Part shown: positions 9,146 through 19,942 of the stretch, piece by piece
How the letters are laid out: each line of letters starts with the position of its first letter
Position numbering within the stretch: position 1 is the stretch's first letter
Assembly (NCBI GenBank): GCA_040755855.1
Contig: JBFMAD010000002.1
Coordinates: 1 to 64,000, forward strand
Origin: Planctomycetota bacterium
GTDB taxonomy: Bacteria > Planctomycetota > Brocadiia > JAADGH01
Reading direction: 5' to 3'
Length of the DNA: 64,000 nucleotides
Translations under genes and position numbers: made by a program
Notes under the pieces: model-generated
What the model was told of the DNA's origin: nothing
Databases searched by the model: none
The model's input: only the letters and a program-made list of their open reading frames with translations

Positions 9146-10590
9146 AAACGATCACGGCTCAGAATCACGGGCATCAAGTAACCCCGGCCGGACTGATCCG
9201 CACGGCATGGATATTGGCCGCGGGCGCAACGGTTCTCGGACAGGTCGCGCTGGCTGAGGAGCCAGGCGGGAAGAAGATCTTCCGCGCCGGCGCGGCCACC
9301 AGCAACATCACGCCCTGGCTCGGCGAGAAAATCGTCGGCGGCTGGAGTCCGTTTCCGGCCACGCACATCCACGACGAGCTGCACGCCCGATGCCTGGTGC
9401 TGGACGACGGCGCTACCCGCATCGCTCTGGTGGTGATTGACAAGTTGAGCATCTCCCGCGAGGATTGCGACGAGGCCAAGCGGATGATCCGCGAGGTCGC
9501 CGGGCTGCCGGAGGACCGGGTGTTGATAGCCGCCACGCACACCCATTCGGCGGCCAGCGTGTTTCCCAGCAAGGAATTCCTGCCCCGGCGGATCGCCGAG
9601 GGCGTCCAACGGGCGATGAACAACCTGGAACCGGCGCGGATCGGCTGGGGCGTCACGGTTGCGGAGGAGCATGTGAACAACCGCCGCTGGTTCCTCAAGC
9701 CCGATGTGAAGCTCGTCAACCCCTGGGGCGGCGAGGATAAGGTAAAGATGAACCCCGGCGCGGGCCGCCCGGAGCTGCTCAAGCCCGCCGGGCCGGTGGA
9801 CCCGCAGATATGCTTCCTCTCCGTGCAGTCGGCCGAGGGCCGGCCGATCGCGTTGCTGGCCAATTACTCGCTTCATTACGTGGGCGGGGTCGGGCAGGGG
9901 CACATCTCCGCCGACTACTTCGCCATGTTCGCCGATCGGCTTCAGCAGCTCATCGGCGCGGACCGGCTCGAACCGCCGTTCGTCGGCATCATGTCCAACG
10001 GCACAAGCGGCGACGTGAACAACATCAACTTCCGCGAGGGCCGGCCGCGTAAACAGCCCTACGAGCAGATGCGACTGGTGGCGCACGATGTGGCCCAGAA
10101 GGTGTTCGAGGCCTACCGCGACGTGAAGTACCACGACCACGTTTCCTTGCGGATGGCGCAGAGGGAGCTGACGCTGGCGACGCGCAAGCCCACGCCGGAG
10201 CAGCTTGCCCGTGCGCGGGAGATCGAGGCCGGCGCAAAGCCGATTCCCGACCGCCCGCACGAGGACGTATACGCGAAGCGAATTCTTGGGTTGGAGAAGG
10301 CCCCGCCGACGGTTTCGGCGGTTCTTCAGGCCGTCCGCGTGGGCGAGGTAGGGATCGCGTCCATCCCGTTTGAGGTCTTCGCGGAGATCGGGTTGGAGAT
10401 CAAGGCGAAAAGCCCCTTCAAGCCGACGTTCACCATCGAGCAGGCCAACGGCGGCTACGGCTACCTGCCCACACCCGAACAGCATGCCTTGGGCGGATAC
10501 GAGACGTGGCTGGGCACGTGCCGGGTGGAGACGGAGGCCTCCACCAAGATCGTCAAGAACCTGCTGGAGATGTTCAACGAGCTGAAGTAA
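9142..10590 (+). CDS. Neutral/alkaline ceramidase-like hydrolase (secreted)
   Basis: RAGAA..NITP, HD.LHAR.LVLDDG, ATHTHS, NYSLHY, SADY and GYLPT..GGYET motifs. Confidence 0.8.
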   Translation: MKTITAQNHGHQVTPAGLIRTAWILAAGATVLGQVALAEEPGGKKIFRAGAATSNITPWLGEKIVGGWSPFPATHIHDELHARCLVLDDGATRIALVVIDKLSISREDCDEAKRMIREVAGLPEDRVLIAATHTHSAASVFPSKEFLPRRIAEGVQRAMNNLEPARIGWGVTVAEEHVNNRRWFLKPDVKLVNPWGGEDKVKMNPGAGRPELLKPAGPVDPQICFLSVQSAEGRPIALLANYSLHYVGGVGQGHISADYFAMFADRLQQLIGADRLEPPFVGIMSNGTSGDVNNINFREGRPRKQPYEQMRLVAHDVAQKVFEAYRDVKYHDHVSLRMAQRELTLATRKPTPEQLARAREIEAGAKPIPDRPHEDVYAKRILGLEKAPPTVSAVLQAVRVGEVGIASIPFEVFAEIGLEIKAKSPFKPTFTIEQANGGYGYLPTPEQHALGGYETWLGTCRVETEASTKIVKNLLEMFNELK

Positions 10591-10711
10591 GCCGCTATCG
10601 AAGATGTGAACTTGTGTCTCACGTATCCATTTTGCCAAAACCCAGACAAAAGGCTTGACAACCCGCTAAACATGGTCGAAAATCGAGGAGAGATGGAGAA
10701 AGGAGGAATTT

Positions 10712-10903
10712 GTGGATTGTGTTGTGCTACAGAACGGCGCACGATATGCTGGTCAGTATGTGGCAACAAGGTCGTTTCAGGATAGAAAGGTCGTCAGTCA
10801 CGGCAGCGATCCGAGCAAGGTTTTTGATGAGGCAAGAAGAAAGGGCGTAAAGGAGCCGGTTGTCTTTTATGTCCCCAAGAAGGGGATGGTCCAGATCTAC
10901 TGA
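10712..10903 (+). CDS. Small DUF5678-like protein
   Basis: YAGQYVA....KVVSHG.D...V..EAR.KG...PVVFYVP pattern; AGGAGG RBS; upstream TTGACA (10655-10660). Confidence 0.7.
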   Translation: MDCVVLQNGARYAGQYVATRSFQDRKVVSHGSDPSKVFDEARRKGVKEPVVFYVPKKGMVQIY

Positions 10904-11361
10904 TGTCGCTCAAGGATTGCCCATTCCTCAGGCTGAGTAAAGGGGACGTTCCTCGCCCTATCCTTCCCATAAGAATCACGAATCCGCATACTGGGCTATC
11001 ATACGCCACCTTTGGCGTCATAGATACAGGCGCAGATGAATGCGCCATTCCCGCCAGCATTGCCCCCATATTAGGGCACGACCTGCAAGCGGGTTCAACG
11101 AAAATCATCAGCACGGGCAACGGCGACACGATCGCATTTGCCCACACGACAAAGTTTGAGATATACGACCCTGTGTCTTTCAGGCTCGCATACACGATTC
11201 AGGGCACTCCGATCGATTTTATGCCAAATCTGCGCGTTGTGCTTCTTGGCGTGAATAGCTTTCTCAGCAAGTTCGTCTTAAATATAGACTACCCGCGCAA
11301 AGTCTTTTCCGTGAATCCTCCTCCCGCCCGAAACCAAGTGAACCAAAAGCGCTGGCTCTAA
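10903..11361 (+). CDS. Retropepsin-like aspartyl protease
   Basis: IDTGAD catalytic motif and LLG..FL..F...IDY C-terminal motif; TGATG coupling to the upstream ORF. Confidence 0.8.
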   Translation: MSLKDCPFLRLSKGDVPRPILPIRITNPHTGLSYATFGVIDTGADECAIPASIAPILGHDLQAGSTKIISTGNGDTIAFAHTTKFEIYDPVSFRLAYTIQGTPIDFMPNLRVVLLGVNSFLSKFVLNIDYPRKVFSVNPPPARNQVNQKRWL

Positions 11362-11415
11362 AAATATTCATCTGAGCATCATGGGCGAACCTGCCTATCG
11401 TTGGAAGGCAAAGCC

Positions 11416-13791
11416 ATGAACAATCTGAATCTTCCACAGTTCGGCGGGTATCTTCTGCAAATTCTCCTTATTGTATGTTCCCCGGCAACCTACTGTCCCA
11501 CCGCCAGTCTCGCGCAGGAACCAGCCCGATGGCTGAACGTCAGGGACCTCGGCGCGTCGGGGTCCGCATTCGAGACGACGGCGACGACGACGGCCGGGTC
11601 GAACCAGATCGCGGTGAAGGACGTGGGCGACTTCCAGGTCGGCCAGGGGGTGATGGTCTCCAAGTGCAACGTCCGCTACGAGGCAGGCATGGTGCGCGGC
11701 CCCGGCGAACCCTACCTGGAACACCGTCCCATGAAGGGCCTGGTGGAGCTGCGCGGCTTCGACGGCAGCGGGGGGGATTGGCTCGTGTTCCTGCTGGATA
11801 TTGACGGGGACAACCCCCTGACGTTCCGATGGAGCGACGACCTGTGCCGAACATGGAAGGCCGCGAAATTACCCGTGACCTACGACTGGCAGAAGCTGAG
11901 CGGGGGATTGGAGGTCAAGTTCAACCGATGGGAGTGGAAGCCGGGACACTTCGCCCACTTCAGCGCGCGCACGCAGCTGGTCAGCACGATCGAGAAGATC
12001 GAGGGCAAGACCCTCACCCTCAAGCACCCCGCCAACAGGACGGTTACGGACGCCGTCGTCCGCCACTGCGACGATCAGGCGATCCAGGCCGCCATTGATC
12101 GGGCCGTCAAAGAGAAGCGCAACGTCCATGTCCCCGTCGGCCACTACCGCCTGTCCCAGAGCCTGCGGGTGTGGGACGCGGATATCTGCATCGAGGGCGC
12201 GAGCGGCGTGGACACGCTGATGGATATCACCGACGGCGCGGGGGCGGTCTTCCATCTGCGCCATGGAACCGATGTCACGATCCGGAACTTCCGGATGATC
12301 GGCCACACGCCGCTGTCGGAGAAGCCGGCCACCCTCCACACTGCGACCGGGTTCAACTTCTGGTGCTGCGCGATGAAGCCCTGCAGCGCAGTCAACATCA
12401 GCGCCACCGAGCGCGTGCTGGTCGAGAACGTCCACGCCAGCCACATGGCCAGCGAGTGCTTCATATCGGGCGGGTCCTATCGGGACGGCGACGACGGCCC
12501 CAAACCCTACACGCGCTCCGCCACGTTTCTGCGATGCTCCGTCACCAACTGCGCGGCGAACGCCTTCAACAACTGCGACTTCGGCGAGAACACCAGCATC
12601 CTCTACTTCCGGATTGACGGCGCGGGCTGGCACGCCTACGAGGGATCGGGCCGCTTCCTCCGCCTCATCGGCAACTACGTGCGCAACGCCGGGCCGTTCA
12701 CCGTGGGTGACATTCCCCACACACTGCCCCGGCTCGAGCGCCTCCACTCGCTCGGCGTGGGGCAGACGATCGTCGCCAATAACGTGTTTGAGGGCATCGG
12801 CCGGTGCGGCGGCATCGCCATCAATCACTGCCCCACCCAGGTCATCGTCGCCAACAACCTCTTCATCAACTACAACGGCGCTGCGATCCGGGCATCCAGT
12901 CAAACCGTGCACAACACCTATCCGCCGCAGAATATCTCGATCTCCGGCAACATCATAGACATGACCTATTCCGGCGACGACGCCGCGCCCCGGACCGGCA
13001 TCGCCGTCTATACATCGGACACGACGGTCAGCGACAACCAGATCTATGTCCGAGGCCCGTGCGATCCGAAGGTGACGGGCATCCAGCTCCGCGAGGGGGC
13101 GGTGAACGTGACCGTCCACGACAACCTGATCCGGAATTGCGGGAGAGGGCTTCTGGCGTCGCGCCTTCCCGCCAGGGTCGCCGAGGTACTGGACCCGCAG
13201 ACGTTCCTCCAGACGGGCCTGCCCCTCGAATGGCGCCATTCGCATCTCTATCGCAATTGGGGCATGGTTTGGCTGCAGGGGAGCACGCCGGCGGGCCAGT
13301 CGGTCATTGACGCCTTCGATCCGGCGACGCTCCGGTTCAAGCTCAAGGGACCGCGCGACATGAAGGCTGGCGACGCCTTCGAGGCGTTCCCGCCTTCCGC
13401 AAACTGGAACGTCCATGACAACACGATTGCCGGCTGCGGGCAGCCCGTCCTCCTTGATTGCTACGGCAGCGAGACCACGACGCTGAGGGACAACCTCATC
13501 GCTCGCGGCGATGCGGCCGGCGTGCAACATGCCGTGAAGCTGAGCGGGAGGGTGAATCTGCTCGGCAACTGCATCAGCGGCTTTGACGAGAAGGGGTCCT
13601 CCGCCCTGGGGCTTTACCCCGATGCGCTGGGGCGCGCCCCTCGGAATCTGTATCGCGGAAACGTGTTCGACCGTTGCGCCGAGGCGGTGATGGAGAGCCG
13701 GAAGGGACTGTGGGACGCCGCTCTGTCGGAGGGCAACACCTTCGTCGGGTGCGGCGCGACGCCCCCAACCGCCCCGGCGAGCAGCAAGTGA
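11416..13791 (+). CDS. Right-handed beta-helix (pectin-lyase fold) secreted protein, paralog 1
   Basis: WLNVRDLGASGS and D..AIQ.AID...VP.G.YRL start motif; repeated V.NN.F / I.GN.I rungs. Confidence 0.8.
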   Translation: MNNLNLPQFGGYLLQILLIVCSPATYCPTASLAQEPARWLNVRDLGASGSAFETTATTTAGSNQIAVKDVGDFQVGQGVMVSKCNVRYEAGMVRGPGEPYLEHRPMKGLVELRGFDGSGGDWLVFLLDIDGDNPLTFRWSDDLCRTWKAAKLPVTYDWQKLSGGLEVKFNRWEWKPGHFAHFSARTQLVSTIEKIEGKTLTLKHPANRTVTDAVVRHCDDQAIQAAIDRAVKEKRNVHVPVGHYRLSQSLRVWDADICIEGASGVDTLMDITDGAGAVFHLRHGTDVTIRNFRMIGHTPLSEKPATLHTATGFNFWCCAMKPCSAVNISATERVLVENVHASHMASECFISGGSYRDGDDGPKPYTRSATFLRCSVTNCAANAFNNCDFGENTSILYFRIDGAGWHAYEGSGRFLRLIGNYVRNAGPFTVGDIPHTLPRLERLHSLGVGQTIVANNVFEGIGRCGGIAINHCPTQVIVANNLFINYNGAAIRASSQTVHNTYPPQNISISGNIIDMTYSGDDAAPRTGIAVYTSDTTVSDNQIYVRGPCDPKVTGIQLREGAVNVTVHDNLIRNCGRGLLASRLPARVAEVLDPQTFLQTGLPLEWRHSHLYRNWGMVWLQGSTPAGQSVIDAFDPATLRFKLKGPRDMKAGDAFEAFPPSANWNVHDNTIAGCGQPVLLDCYGSETTTLRDNLIARGDAAGVQHAVKLSGRVNLLGNCISGFDEKGSSALGLYPDALGRAPRNLYRGNVFDRCAEAVMESRKGLWDAALSEGNTFVGCGATPPTAPASSK

Positions 13792-13804
13792 GGAGGAGAC
13801 CGGA

Positions 13805-14662
13805 TTGCTTTCAATGACCACGGACTACGCCGCCGACCGGGGATGCCCGGAACCGTACCTGAGGCGGATCGCGGACGCGGGTTTTTCGCATGTTCACTGG
13901 TGCCATCAGTGGAACACGGATTTTCTCTATTCCGCCTCGGAGATCGAGCAGATTGAGAAGTGGCTTCGAGAGTATCGGCTCGGCATCCTCGACCTGCACG
14001 CCTCCAGCGGGGTGGAAAAGGGCTGGTTCTCCCCCTTGGAGTACGAGCGGTTGGCGGGGGTGGAGCTGGTGAAGAATCGGATCGAGATGGCCGCGCGGCT
14101 CTCCAGCGACGTGATCATCATGCATGTGGGGGAGCCAAAGACGGACGAAGAGTTGGGATCGAGGCTGGGCCGGTTGCGCCGGTCCATGGATGCCCTTGCG
14201 CCGTTCGCCGAGGAACGTGGCGTGCGAATCGCCCTCGAAAACGGCGGACCGGGCAGTCTGTTGGTCATCGAGGCGCTCCTGTCGGAGTACGGTCCGGAGT
14301 CTCTGGGAATCTGTTACGACTCGGGCCACGGCAACATGACGGGCCATCGGGGGCTTGACTGGCTCGACCCGCTCAAGGCGCGCCTGATCTCTGTGCATCT
14401 TCACGACAACGACGGCGCGGGCGATCAGCACAAGCTCCTGTTCACCGGAACGGTGGATTGGCGGCGGCTTGCCGGGGTCCTCGCCCTCTCGGCGTACGGG
14501 AAATGTGTGAACATGGAAACGAGCATGCGCTGCTCGGACATCAAGGATGAGGCCGCATTCCTCGCCAAAGCGTTTGAAACAGGCGCGGCCTTTTCCGGCA
14601 TGATAAAGGAAGAAATGGGTTCGGTCAGCGCGCAAGGACTTTCATCGGAGGAGAGAGCATGA
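13805..14662 (+). CDS. Sugar phosphate isomerase/epimerase (xylose-isomerase TIM barrel)
   Basis: IALEN, CYDSGH and HLHDNDG.GDQH motifs. Confidence 0.85.
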   Translation: MLSMTTDYAADRGCPEPYLRRIADAGFSHVHWCHQWNTDFLYSASEIEQIEKWLREYRLGILDLHASSGVEKGWFSPLEYERLAGVELVKNRIEMAARLSSDVIIMHVGEPKTDEELGSRLGRLRRSMDALAPFAEERGVRIALENGGPGSLLVIEALLSEYGPESLGICYDSGHGNMTGHRGLDWLDPLKARLISVHLHDNDGAGDQHKLLFTGTVDWRRLAGVLALSAYGKCVNMETSMRCSDIKDEAAFLAKAFETGAAFSGMIKEEMGSVSAQGLSSEERA

Positions 14663-17064
14663 TTGATCTTGGGCAAGCCGAAGGCGGAGGTACTCTTTCT
14701 TTCACATCTATCGTTTTGGCGGCCGTCTGGCTTGGCGCATGTCTCTGCGCGGCTGCCGTGGCCGCGGGCGAGCCCGCCGGATGGGTGAACGCGCGGGACT
14801 GCGGCGCGTCGGGATCGCAGTTCGAGACCGCAGCCGAGACGACGGCGGGATCGAAGCAGATCGTCGTCAAGAACATGGGGGACTTCCAGGTCGGGCAAGG
14901 CGTCATGATCTCGAAATGCAACCCGCACTACACACTGGACACCATCTGGGGCCCCCGGGGCCTCGTGATTTGGGGCAAAAAGATCCAAGGCCAGGCGGAG
15001 ATCCGAGGGTACAACGGTGACCAGGGCGACTGGGTGGTCCTGGTGCTCGACGTGGGGCAGGGGTCGAAGGACGTCCGCTGGTCGGAGGACCTGGCGCGCA
15101 CCTGGCATCCGGACGTACCGATCACCGGCGACTGGCAGCCGATCCGGGACGGGATCGAGGTCAAGTTCAACAAGTTCGAATGGGAGAAGGGCTACACCGT
15201 CGTTTTCTCCGCTCGCGGGCAATTGGTTTCGGTCATAGAGAAAATCGAGGGGAACACAATCCTGCTGCGCGATGCGCCGACGCGAACGGCCAAGGATGCC
15301 GTGCTGCGGCACTGCGACGACGCGGCGCTCCAGACAGCGATCGACCAGGGAATAAAGGAAAAGCGCAACGTGTATGTGCCGACCGGCCACTACAGGTTGT
15401 CCCGCGGCTTGCGGGTGGGCAAGCCGGAGGGCATCACGATTGAGGGGGAAAACGCGGTCCACACCGTGCTGGACATCAGCGAAGGGAACGGGGCCTGCGT
15501 CACCATGGCCGGGGGCGTGGATGTGACGCTGCGCAACTTCACCATGATCGGCCATTCGGGTTTCGACCGGAGCGATCAGTGCGGGCACATTCCGATGAAG
15601 GGGTCCAGCTACTTCTGGGGTTTCGCGGCCAAAGGCTGCAACGCCACGACGATCAGCAGCACCGAGCGCGTTCTCATCGAGAACTGTCACGGCAGGAATA
15701 TGGCGACCGAATGCTTTGTCTCCGGCAGCCGGGGCCGCGGCACGCCGGATAAGCCCAATCCCGGCCACACCAAGCAGACCACCTACCTGCGCTGTTCGGC
15801 CATTGACTGCGGGCGCAACGGCTTCAACGACGTGACGTGCGGCTCGGAGAACACCAGCGTCCTCTACTGCCGAATCGTGAACGTGGGCGGCTGCTCCTGG
15901 GAGGGCGCGGGGCGCTTCGTCCGGTTCATCGGCAACTACGTGCGCAACTCCGGGCCGATCGCCATGGGCAATCTCGGTCCCGGCAATCGCGACCCGTCCT
16001 TCGATTACGTCGGCGCCGGGCAGCATATCATCGCCGACAATGTCTTCGAAGGAGGGGTGTCCTACGCCGGGCGCTCCGGGGGGAACATGATCTGCACTTC
16101 CGTGGGATCCACGCAGGTGATCGTCCGAAACAACCTGTTCATCAACTTCAATTCCTCGGGCGTGACGGCCTCCGGGCGCACCGACCCCACGCACTATGCA
16201 TCATCGAACACAATTATATCTGGGAACATCTTTGACATGACCTGCGTCGATGAGAAGCCCCTCGCGCGCTACGCAGTTGACGTCAGCGCCAGCGACGCCA
16301 TCGTGAGCAACAACCAGGTCTATGTCCGCGGCGCGCCCGACGCGAAGGTCACGGGCGTCGTGATCAAGGAGCCGGCCGTGAACGTGTCCGTCCACGACAA
16401 CTTGATCCGCAATTGCGGCATCGGCATCCTCACAGGCCGTGTCGCATCGCGGGTGGGCGAAGTCACGGACAAGGTGACCTTTGCCCCGGCCTTCGCGTCC
16501 CTGCCTCTCGACTCCCGCAGGGCGCGCCAGTGCGAGGGATGGCGACTGGTCTGGCTCGCCGGCGGCAAGCCTGCGGGCGTGTCCGTCCTGGATGCCGTCA
16601 TCGGCGCGGCGAAACCCGAGACGGTGCAGTTCAAGCTCAAGGAACCGCGCGAGATAAAGGCGGGCGACGCCTTCGAGACGATCCCCCCCTCGGCGAACTG
16701 GAACATCCACAGTAACACCATCACCGGCTGCCTTCGTCCGGTGGTCCTCGATTCCTACGGAAGCCCGACGTCCGTCCTCCGAAAAAATGTCATATCGCGG
16801 GGCGAGGCGCAGGGCGTCGCCGAAGCGGTGGTCGTGAACGGAACGCACTGTCTGATCGACAACTACATCTCCGGCTTCGACGAGAAGGACGCGGCGGCGC
16901 TTGTGCTCAGGGCGGATCGCCCGGCGAGCCCGGGTCGGTTGATGTTCCGAGATAACATCGTTGAGAAGTGTTCGCACGGTGTGAAGACGACCGATAAGCG
17001 GCTGTGGGACGAAGCCGTGAAGAATGGGAACCTGTTTACCGATTGCGAGGTTCCAAATGAATAG
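14659..17064 (+). CDS. Right-handed beta-helix protein, paralog 2
   Basis: Collinear with 11416-13791 (WVNARDCGASGS, VHDNLIRNC, ANWNIHSNTI.GC). Confidence 0.8.
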   Translation: MIDLGQAEGGGTLSFTSIVLAAVWLGACLCAAAVAAGEPAGWVNARDCGASGSQFETAAETTAGSKQIVVKNMGDFQVGQGVMISKCNPHYTLDTIWGPRGLVIWGKKIQGQAEIRGYNGDQGDWVVLVLDVGQGSKDVRWSEDLARTWHPDVPITGDWQPIRDGIEVKFNKFEWEKGYTVVFSARGQLVSVIEKIEGNTILLRDAPTRTAKDAVLRHCDDAALQTAIDQGIKEKRNVYVPTGHYRLSRGLRVGKPEGITIEGENAVHTVLDISEGNGACVTMAGGVDVTLRNFTMIGHSGFDRSDQCGHIPMKGSSYFWGFAAKGCNATTISSTERVLIENCHGRNMATECFVSGSRGRGTPDKPNPGHTKQTTYLRCSAIDCGRNGFNDVTCGSENTSVLYCRIVNVGGCSWEGAGRFVRFIGNYVRNSGPIAMGNLGPGNRDPSFDYVGAGQHIIADNVFEGGVSYAGRSGGNMICTSVGSTQVIVRNNLFINFNSSGVTASGRTDPTHYASSNTIISGNIFDMTCVDEKPLARYAVDVSASDAIVSNNQVYVRGAPDAKVTGVVIKEPAVNVSVHDNLIRNCGIGILTGRVASRVGEVTDKVTFAPAFASLPLDSRRARQCEGWRLVWLAGGKPAGVSVLDAVIGAAKPETVQFKLKEPREIKAGDAFETIPPSANWNIHSNTITGCLRPVVLDSYGSPTSVLRKNVISRGEAQGVAEAVVVNGTHCLIDNYISGFDEKDAAALVLRADRPASPGRLMFRDNIVEKCSHGVKTTDKRLWDEAVKNGNLFTDCEVPNE

Positions 17065-19942
17065 GTGTTTGGTCGGGCTTACAGCAACGCTCTTTCTGGC
17101 ATTGACGGTAAGGGCCGAGGAACCGAAATTGCTCCTGATCAACGGCGGATTCGAGGAGGTCGCCGAAGCGCCGGGCGTGGGCAAGGACGGCGGTAAATAC
17201 GGAAGCTGGATGCTCAGGGGCAGCCCTCGTGTGCCTGCGCAGTGGACGCTGAGCGGACACTTCGGCGGCGAGCTGTCCGTAATGTCGGAAGGCGCACCCG
17301 AGGGCAAACTGTTCCTTCGGATTCAGGCCGGCGCCGAACGGGAGGCGCACATCCACCAGCTCTGTCCCGCGATCAAGTCCGGCGGCTATTACAATGTCTC
17401 CCTCCGCTACCGGGGCGGTCCGGTCCTTATCCGGGCTTATGAGTATATTGAGGAGGGGAAATCGCCGCGTATAGAGACCATTGCCACAGGCAGCGCAACC
17501 GACCTGAACGGCGAATGGCGACGGATCGAGGGCCTCTACTATCCCCCTCGGACGATCAAGGTGAGCATGGTGGCCGCCGCGGCGGCGGGATGCGTCGCCG
17601 ACATTGATGATTTCCGGGCCTGGCAGGACGAAGCCAGAACGACTGCCGCGGCGCAGGGTTGGCTGAACGCAAGGGACTACGGCGCGTCTGGCTCGATGTT
17701 CGAGACCACGGCCGCTGCAACCGCCGACTCGAACGAGATCGTTGTGAAAGATGTCGGGGACTTTAAGGTGAACCAATGGGTCTCGGTCTCGAAATGCAAT
17801 GTCCGCTACGAACGGGCCACGCTCTCCGGACCCAAGTCGCCATACGGTTCGCAGCAGCCGCTGGGGAATGCCCTGGATATGCGCGGCTACGACGGCAGCC
17901 AGGGCAGTTGGTTCGTCTATATGCTTGAGATCGAGTCGGACATGCCCCACACCTTCCGGTGGAGCGACGATTTGGTCAAGGGATATAAATGGACCGCGAC
18001 CAAGGTCCCGATCACCTGGGACTGGCAGAAGCTGAGCCACGGCATCGAGGTCAAGTTCAACAAGCGCGACCTCGCGCCGGGTCACCTGATCTGCTTCCAC
18101 GCGCGCGACCAGCTCGTCACGAAGATCGAGCGGATCGAGGGCGCGAAGCTCATCCTCAAGGACAAGGCCAACCGCACCGTCACCGACGCCGTCGTCCGCC
18201 ACAGCGACACCGTCGCCCTGCAGACCGCCATCAACCACGCCACCGGGCAGAGGAAGAACGTCTTCGTCCCGAACGGCGCCTACCGCCTGACCCACGGGAT
18301 GACCGTTCGCAACGGGGACATCCGCATCGAAGGGGAGAGCGGTGTCAACACCGTGATGGACATCACCGAGGGCACAGGCCCCGTCTTCAATCTCTATGGT
18401 GGGACGGAAGTGACCATCCGCAACTTCCGCATGATCGGGCACACGCCCATGGCCGAAATGCCCGGCTCCTTCCAGACGTCGAGCGGCTATATGTATTGGG
18501 CCTGTGCGCAGAAGTCGTGCAATGCCGTGAGCATGAACGCCACGGAGCGGATCCTCATCGAAAACGTCCACGCCGAACACATGGCGAGCGAGGCATTCTA
18601 CTGCCAAGGGCCTTGCCGCGTTGGAAAGGCGGAGCCGGCAGCCTATACCAAGTCGCTCACGTTCCTTCGGTGCTCCGTAACCGACTGCGCAGCAAACGCA
18701 TTCAACAACAACGACTTGTCGGAGAACACGTGTGTCCTATATTGCCGCATTGACGGCGCAGGCTGGCACGCCTACGAAGGCCCGGCCCGGTTCATCAAAC
18801 TCATCGGCAATTACGTCCGCAACGCCGGGCCCTTCACTGTGGGCGACTGCTCCAGCCGCCCCGAATGGCTGCATGAGTTGGGCTGCGGCCAGGCCATTGT
18901 CGCCGACAATGTCTTCGAGGGCTGCGACGGGCGCAACGGCGGCGTCTATCTCGGCCACGGCCCCACGCAGGTAACTATCGCCAACAACCTGTTCATCAAC
19001 TACAACGGACCCGCCATCCGCGTCTCGAGCGACTGCTGCCGCAGCGGCGACATGGCGGCGCGGTCGTCCTTCCCGACACGCAACGTCGTGGTGAAGGGCA
19101 ACATCATTGATCTGACCTACCCCGGCGAGAAGCCGGCGACCCGTTGGGGCATTGACGTGAGCGCGTCCGATGTCATCGTCGCGGACAACCAGGTCTATGT
19201 CCGCGGCGAGGCGGACCCGCGCGCCTACGGCATCAGGATCAGCGAACCCGCGCGGAACGTGACGGTGCACGACAACCTGATCCGCAACTGCACGCAGGGC
19301 GTCTGCACCACCCGCGCCGCATCCGCCATCCGCAAGGTGATTGATCCTGTCTCGTTCCTCGAGACGCGCCTGCCGTTGGAGTGGGCCACGTCGCATTGCT
19401 ATAGAGGCTGGGACCTGATGTGGACCTCCGGCGCGAACAAGGACAAGGTCGCCCGGCTCGATTCCTTCGACGCCGCAACGACGGCCTTCAAACTCGCCAA
19501 ACCGTGCGACATGAAGGTGGGCGATCAGTTCGAGATCATTCCCCCAGACGGCGCAAACTGGAACATCCACAGCAACACGATCACCGGCTGCAAGCAGCCC
19601 GTCATCCTCGACTCCTACGGCAGCAATACATCCTTTTTTAGGGACAACATCGTGACGCGCGGCGGCGCGACGGGCGTCCAGCAGGCGATCCATGTGGCCG
19701 GACGGTTCAACATGATCGGCAACCAAGTCTGCGGTTTCGACGAGGACGGCTCGGCGGCCCTGCTGCTCAGCCCCGACCGGGCTGGAAGAGACTACAAAAA
19801 CCTCTTTCGCGAAAACGTTTTTCAGGATTGTGCCAACGTGGTGAAAGAGGCCACGGAGGGCATCTGGAAGTCGTCCATCACGGACGGCAACATCCTGATT
19901 GATTGCGGCAATGGGGAGAAGGGAGCGAAGCGGGAGAAATGA
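17057..19942 (+). CDS. Right-handed beta-helix protein with N-terminal carbohydrate-binding-like domain, paralog 3
   Basis: LLINGGFEE..IDDF N-terminal domain followed by the same core as paralogs 1 and 2. Confidence 0.8.
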   Translation: MNRCLVGLTATLFLALTVRAEEPKLLLINGGFEEVAEAPGVGKDGGKYGSWMLRGSPRVPAQWTLSGHFGGELSVMSEGAPEGKLFLRIQAGAEREAHIHQLCPAIKSGGYYNVSLRYRGGPVLIRAYEYIEEGKSPRIETIATGSATDLNGEWRRIEGLYYPPRTIKVSMVAAAAAGCVADIDDFRAWQDEARTTAAAQGWLNARDYGASGSMFETTAAATADSNEIVVKDVGDFKVNQWVSVSKCNVRYERATLSGPKSPYGSQQPLGNALDMRGYDGSQGSWFVYMLEIESDMPHTFRWSDDLVKGYKWTATKVPITWDWQKLSHGIEVKFNKRDLAPGHLICFHARDQLVTKIERIEGAKLILKDKANRTVTDAVVRHSDTVALQTAINHATGQRKNVFVPNGAYRLTHGMTVRNGDIRIEGESGVNTVMDITEGTGPVFNLYGGTEVTIRNFRMIGHTPMAEMPGSFQTSSGYMYWACAQKSCNAVSMNATERILIENVHAEHMASEAFYCQGPCRVGKAEPAAYTKSLTFLRCSVTDCAANAFNNNDLSENTCVLYCRIDGAGWHAYEGPARFIKLIGNYVRNAGPFTVGDCSSRPEWLHELGCGQAIVADNVFEGCDGRNGGVYLGHGPTQVTIANNLFINYNGPAIRVSSDCCRSGDMAARSSFPTRNVVVKGNIIDLTYPGEKPATRWGIDVSASDVIVADNQVYVRGEADPRAYGIRISEPARNVTVHDNLIRNCTQGVCTTRAASAIRKVIDPVSFLETRLPLEWATSHCYRGWDLMWTSGANKDKVARLDSFDAATTAFKLAKPCDMKVGDQFEIIPPDGANWNIHSNTITGCKQPVILDSYGSNTSFFRDNIVTRGGATGVQQAIHVAGRFNMIGNQVCGFDEDGSAALLLSPDRAGRDYKNLFRENVFQDCANVVKEATEGIWKSSITDGNILIDCGNGEKGAKREK

